From an uncultured bacterium (GTDB taxonomy: Bacteria; UBP7; UBA6624): a stretch of DNA of 28,228 bases. The stretch is from contig CAXGSM010000015.1 in the NCBI GenBank assembly GCA_964012435.1, positions 1-28,228 of the forward strand, in the 5' to 3' direction. Positions 25,202-28,228 of the stretch are shown here, piece after piece; position 1 is the first letter of the stretch; every line of letters begins with the position of its first letter. The position numbers and the translations under genes were made by a program. Below the pieces are notes generated by a model. It saw only the letters and a program-made list of their open reading frames with translations. It was not told where the DNA came from and did not search any database.

Positions 25202-27799
25202 ATGAGAAATATTTTTTTAATTACCATTTTATTTAAAGCCTTTTCTTTACAGGCAGCACCTGTTTGGGATTGGAAGACTGGAAGTTGGGTTACACCAAAG
25301 CCGCCAGTTGTTCAAAAAGCTCCGGTTGATCCAATTGACCAGGCTGTTAAGGGTCTCGAAAAAAGGGAAGGTTGGCTTAACCTTTACGTTGGAAATGATG
25401 ACAGAAGAGGCCAATTTATGCTTGAGGTTCCAGCCTCTGAGCTTAACCATCCAATGGTTGCAATAATGTTAACGTCACATGCTGATGCACAGCGTTCACT
25501 TTTGCATATGCCAAGTGGAGATATGTCTTTCGAATTCAGGATGAATCCTGATGGCAAAAGGGTGGACATTGTTGAACCTAATTGGAGTCACAGATGGGAT
25601 CCTGAAGGAGAATTGGCAAACGCAAATGCGCTTGGGGTTTCTGATGGTACAAGGATGATGGCCATGATGCCTGTTGCAACAAGAGAGAAAGATGGAGAGG
25701 TAACCCATTATCTTTTGGAGGTTAGTGATTGGATTAATAGTGGTTTAGGTTATATGCGTGGTTTCAATAGAGATTTGAGTTATGTAAATAGGTCAGATGT
25801 TTATCCAACCAATATGGAATTTGATATTATTTTCAATATGGGCAACAGCGAGGAAGGTGTGCATTTTTCAGTACAAAGACTGCCTGAAAACCTCATGACA
25901 ACAAGAACTTCAGATCAAAGGATAGGCTATTTTGACACTCAGTATTATGACATGGATGTAAATCCGGAGCAGACTGATGGTGGAATAGTCAGGCTTGCAA
26001 ATAAATGGAGACTTGAGCCAAAAGATCCTGATGCTGAAATGCTTGAACCAATCAAGCCAATTACATATTATGTTGATCCAACAGTTTCTGAAGATTGGAG
26101 AGAATATGTCAAGATAGGTATTGAGAAATGGAACAAGTCCTTTGAGGCTGCTGGTTGGAAAGGTGCTGTTAAAGCAGTTCTTCCTGGAGATGAAGACTGG
26201 CCAGATGATTACTCCGCTGGGGATTCAAGGTATTCAAGCGTTTCGTGGGCTCCTAGTTTGGCAAGCACATTTGCGATCGGTCCTTCAAATGTTGACCCAA
26301 GAACGGGAGAGATACTCAATGCTGATATCGTTTTCACGGCTTCATGGATAAAAGCTTGGACAGGAGATGCTGAAGTTACAGCCCATCCTTTGTTCAACCT
26401 GCCTCATTATGAGGAAATATTGGAAATTGGGAAAGAGGGAACGTTCAAAGAGTTTGAAGCAAGCTTATATGGTTATGGAGATCTTCCTGAAGGTTTTGAT
26501 ATGGAAAGATATTGTGCTATGTTAAGTCCAGTTTCAGGCGGTAACTTCTCACCAATTGTTTTAAGGAATGCTTTAATTGCTGATGGAGTTATTGGTGCTG
26601 ATGATCCAATTCCTCACAGTTTCATCACTGAAGCGTTAATTGAAGTCACAATGCACGAAGTAGGGCACACCATAGGTTTAAGGCATAATTTTAAATCTAG
26701 TCATGGTATCCCTTGGGAAGAGATAAACAATAAAGAATACACTTCAAAGCATGGACTTATGTCTTCGGTTATGGATTATGCAGAATCAAATGTTTCTTCT
26801 GACAGAGAGAACCAAGGACATTACTCTTCACCGGTTACCGGAGATTATGATGATTGGGCAGTTCAGTATGGCTATACATACTTGCCAGATGAGGTGAGTG
26901 GTGTTCAGCATGAATGGTTAAAGGAGTTAGCTTCTGATAACACTCACCCTCATCATCATTTTGCAACTGATCAAGACTCAGCAACAGCATTTGGATGGGA
27001 CCCTTACACAAATTATTGGGACCTATCAGATCCACTTTCATTCTTTGAGGACAGGGTCAAACTTGCTAAGAGTTTGATTTCTGAAATTGAAGACAGGGTT
27101 GTTTCAGAAGGTGAAGAATGGACTGATTTAAGAGGTGGTGTAAGCCAGATTCTTTATGACATGTCAAGAGGAGGCCCTTTTGCTGCAAAGTATCTTGGTG
27201 GCCATGACATGAGCAGAGCGCACAAGGGTGATCCTGGAGCTCCTGCACCAATATCTTTCATCTCTTATTCAGAGCAAGAAAGAGCTTTGGATCTTCTTGT
27301 CGAATCATTAACAGTTGACACTGCTATGCTTGTTGATTTTTACCCGTATATGGTTAATTCATTTAGGTCTTATGGCCTGGGTGGCAGGAGTTTTATGCAA
27401 GACCTTAATACCGACATTCACAGCACTGTCGCTTCTAGAAAGATGATGACTTTGATGTATCTTTTTGATAGCGCTAGATTAGTGAGGATGAGAGATGCTG
27501 CTTGGTATCATGAAGCGAATGGAGGAGACTCTCTGTCTGTCAGTGATGTGTTTGCAGCAGTGCATGAAGCTTTATGGAATGTTGATGCCGCCAATTCTTT
27601 TAATAGAGATTCCCAATCTTTGTGGACAAGTTATTTGATACAAATGGGAAATAGCGGTCCTGATATGCTTGCATTATCTACAGATGCTTTAATCGACATG
27701 TACGAAAGTGCTACTGATATGTCTGATGACAGTGATCCAATGGTTGCTGCTCACATGACAAACATTGCTTACGAAATAAGAAGAGCTTTAGATCTTTAA
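25202..27799 (+). CDS. Secreted zinc-dependent metalloprotease (metzincin; DUF5117/DUF4953 EcxA-like architecture)
   Basis: AAGGAGG SD at 25191-25197 supports ATG 25202. Signal peptide ending SLQA. DQRIGYF, WRLEPKD, PITYYVD, DPRTGEILNADI, HEVGHTIGLRHNF (HExxHxxGxxH), SVMDY Met-turn, GDYDDWAVQYGY. Confidence 0.92.
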   Translation: MRNIFLITILFKAFSLQAAPVWDWKTGSWVTPKPPVVQKAPVDPIDQAVKGLEKREGWLNLYVGNDDRRGQFMLEVPASELNHPMVAIMLTSHADAQRSLLHMPSGDMSFEFRMNPDGKRVDIVEPNWSHRWDPEGELANANALGVSDGTRMMAMMPVATREKDGEVTHYLLEVSDWINSGLGYMRGFNRDLSYVNRSDVYPTNMEFDIIFNMGNSEEGVHFSVQRLPENLMTTRTSDQRIGYFDTQYYDMDVNPEQTDGGIVRLANKWRLEPKDPDAEMLEPIKPITYYVDPTVSEDWREYVKIGIEKWNKSFEAAGWKGAVKAVLPGDEDWPDDYSAGDSRYSSVSWAPSLASTFAIGPSNVDPRTGEILNADIVFTASWIKAWTGDAEVTAHPLFNLPHYEEILEIGKEGTFKEFEASLYGYGDLPEGFDMERYCAMLSPVSGGNFSPIVLRNALIADGVIGADDPIPHSFITEALIEVTMHEVGHTIGLRHNFKSSHGIPWEEINNKEYTSKHGLMSSVMDYAESNVSSDRENQGHYSSPVTGDYDDWAVQYGYTYLPDEVSGVQHEWLKELASDNTHPHHHFATDQDSATAFGWDPYTNYWDLSDPLSFFEDRVKLAKSLISEIEDRVVSEGEEWTDLRGGVSQILYDMSRGGPFAAKYLGGHDMSRAHKGDPGAPAPISFISYSEQERALDLLVESLTVDTAMLVDFYPYMVNSFRSYGLGGRSFMQDLNTDIHSTVASRKMMTLMYLFDSARLVRMRDAAWYHEANGGDSLSVSDVFAAVHEALWNVDAANSFNRDSQSLWTSYLIQMGNSGPDMLALSTDALIDMYESATDMSDDSDPMVAAHMTNIAYEIRRALDL

Positions 27800-27820
27800 G
27801 GAAAAAATGGAGGAAAAAAA

Positions 27821-28228
27821 ATGAGTCATTCTTTACCAGAATTAAATTATTCATATGATGCTTTAGAGCCTCATATAGATGCTAAAACAATGGAGATACA
27901 CCATACAAAACACCATCAGGCATATGTAAACGGCCTGAATGCTGCTTTGGAGAAAGAGCCGAATCTTGCAAACGCAGGATTGGGGAATCTTTGTCAAATG
28001 GTTAACAATCTTCCTGATTCAGTTAAAACTGCTGTAAGAAACCATGGAGGAGGGCATTACAACCATTCTTTATTTTGGTCCATCATGTCTCCTAATGGAG
28101 GAGGTTCTCCTTCAGGCAGTTTTGGAGACCTTATTGAATCATCATTTGGTTCTTTTGACAAATTCAAGGAAGAGTTTGCAAATGCTGCAATGACAAGATT
28201 TGGTTCAGGTTGGGCTTGGCTTGTCTGC
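27821..28228 (+). CDS. sodA: Superoxide dismutase, Mn-type signature, truncated at the window edge
   Basis: Not in the ORF track. GGAGG SD then [36 protein letters not shown]...[14 protein letters not shown]...[10 protein letters not shown]. Confidence 0.95.
   Translation, partial: MSHSLPELNYSYDALEPHIDAKTMEIHHTKHHQAYVNGLNAALEKEPNLANAGLGNLCQMVNNLPDSVKTAVRNHGGGHYNHSLFWSIMSPNGGGSPSGSFGDLIESSFGSFDKFKEEFANAAMTRFGSGWAWLVC

Overview
AT-rich (roughly one-third GC by eye), very gene-dense bacterial chromosomal segment with many overlapping gene ends and no mobile element, phage gene or CRISPR array. Left to right: a truncated small membrane/secreted protein gene (-), divergent from a two-gene WD40/beta-propeller operon (+) with a near-consensus sigma70 promoter and an overlapping inverted repeat; a cobalamin-riboswitch-controlled pair of lipoproteins (BtuG/YncE-like propeller and BtuF-like binding protein, -); a translation cluster (tRNA-Ile2, tRNA-Val, coiled-coil/Zn-ribbon protein, cysS, tRNA-Gly/Cys/Val, thrS, infC, rpmI, rplT, gatA, gatB with no gatC, and an unknown exported protein, +); a minus-strand run (DegT-family aminotransferase, GT4 glycosyltransferase, WecD-like GNAT, purH, leuD-like, short leuA-like, SdiA-regulated-family propeller); an SNF2-family ATPase with four degenerate ~73-aa N-terminal repeats; a large secreted metzincin-type Zn metalloprotease; and the 5' part of a Mn-type superoxide dismutase. 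The best candidates for undescribed biology are the transmembrane double-propeller WD40 protein with its Zn-ribbon/TPR/WD40 partner, and the repeat-bearing SNF2 ATPase. All family calls come from motif recognition by eye, not from database searches.
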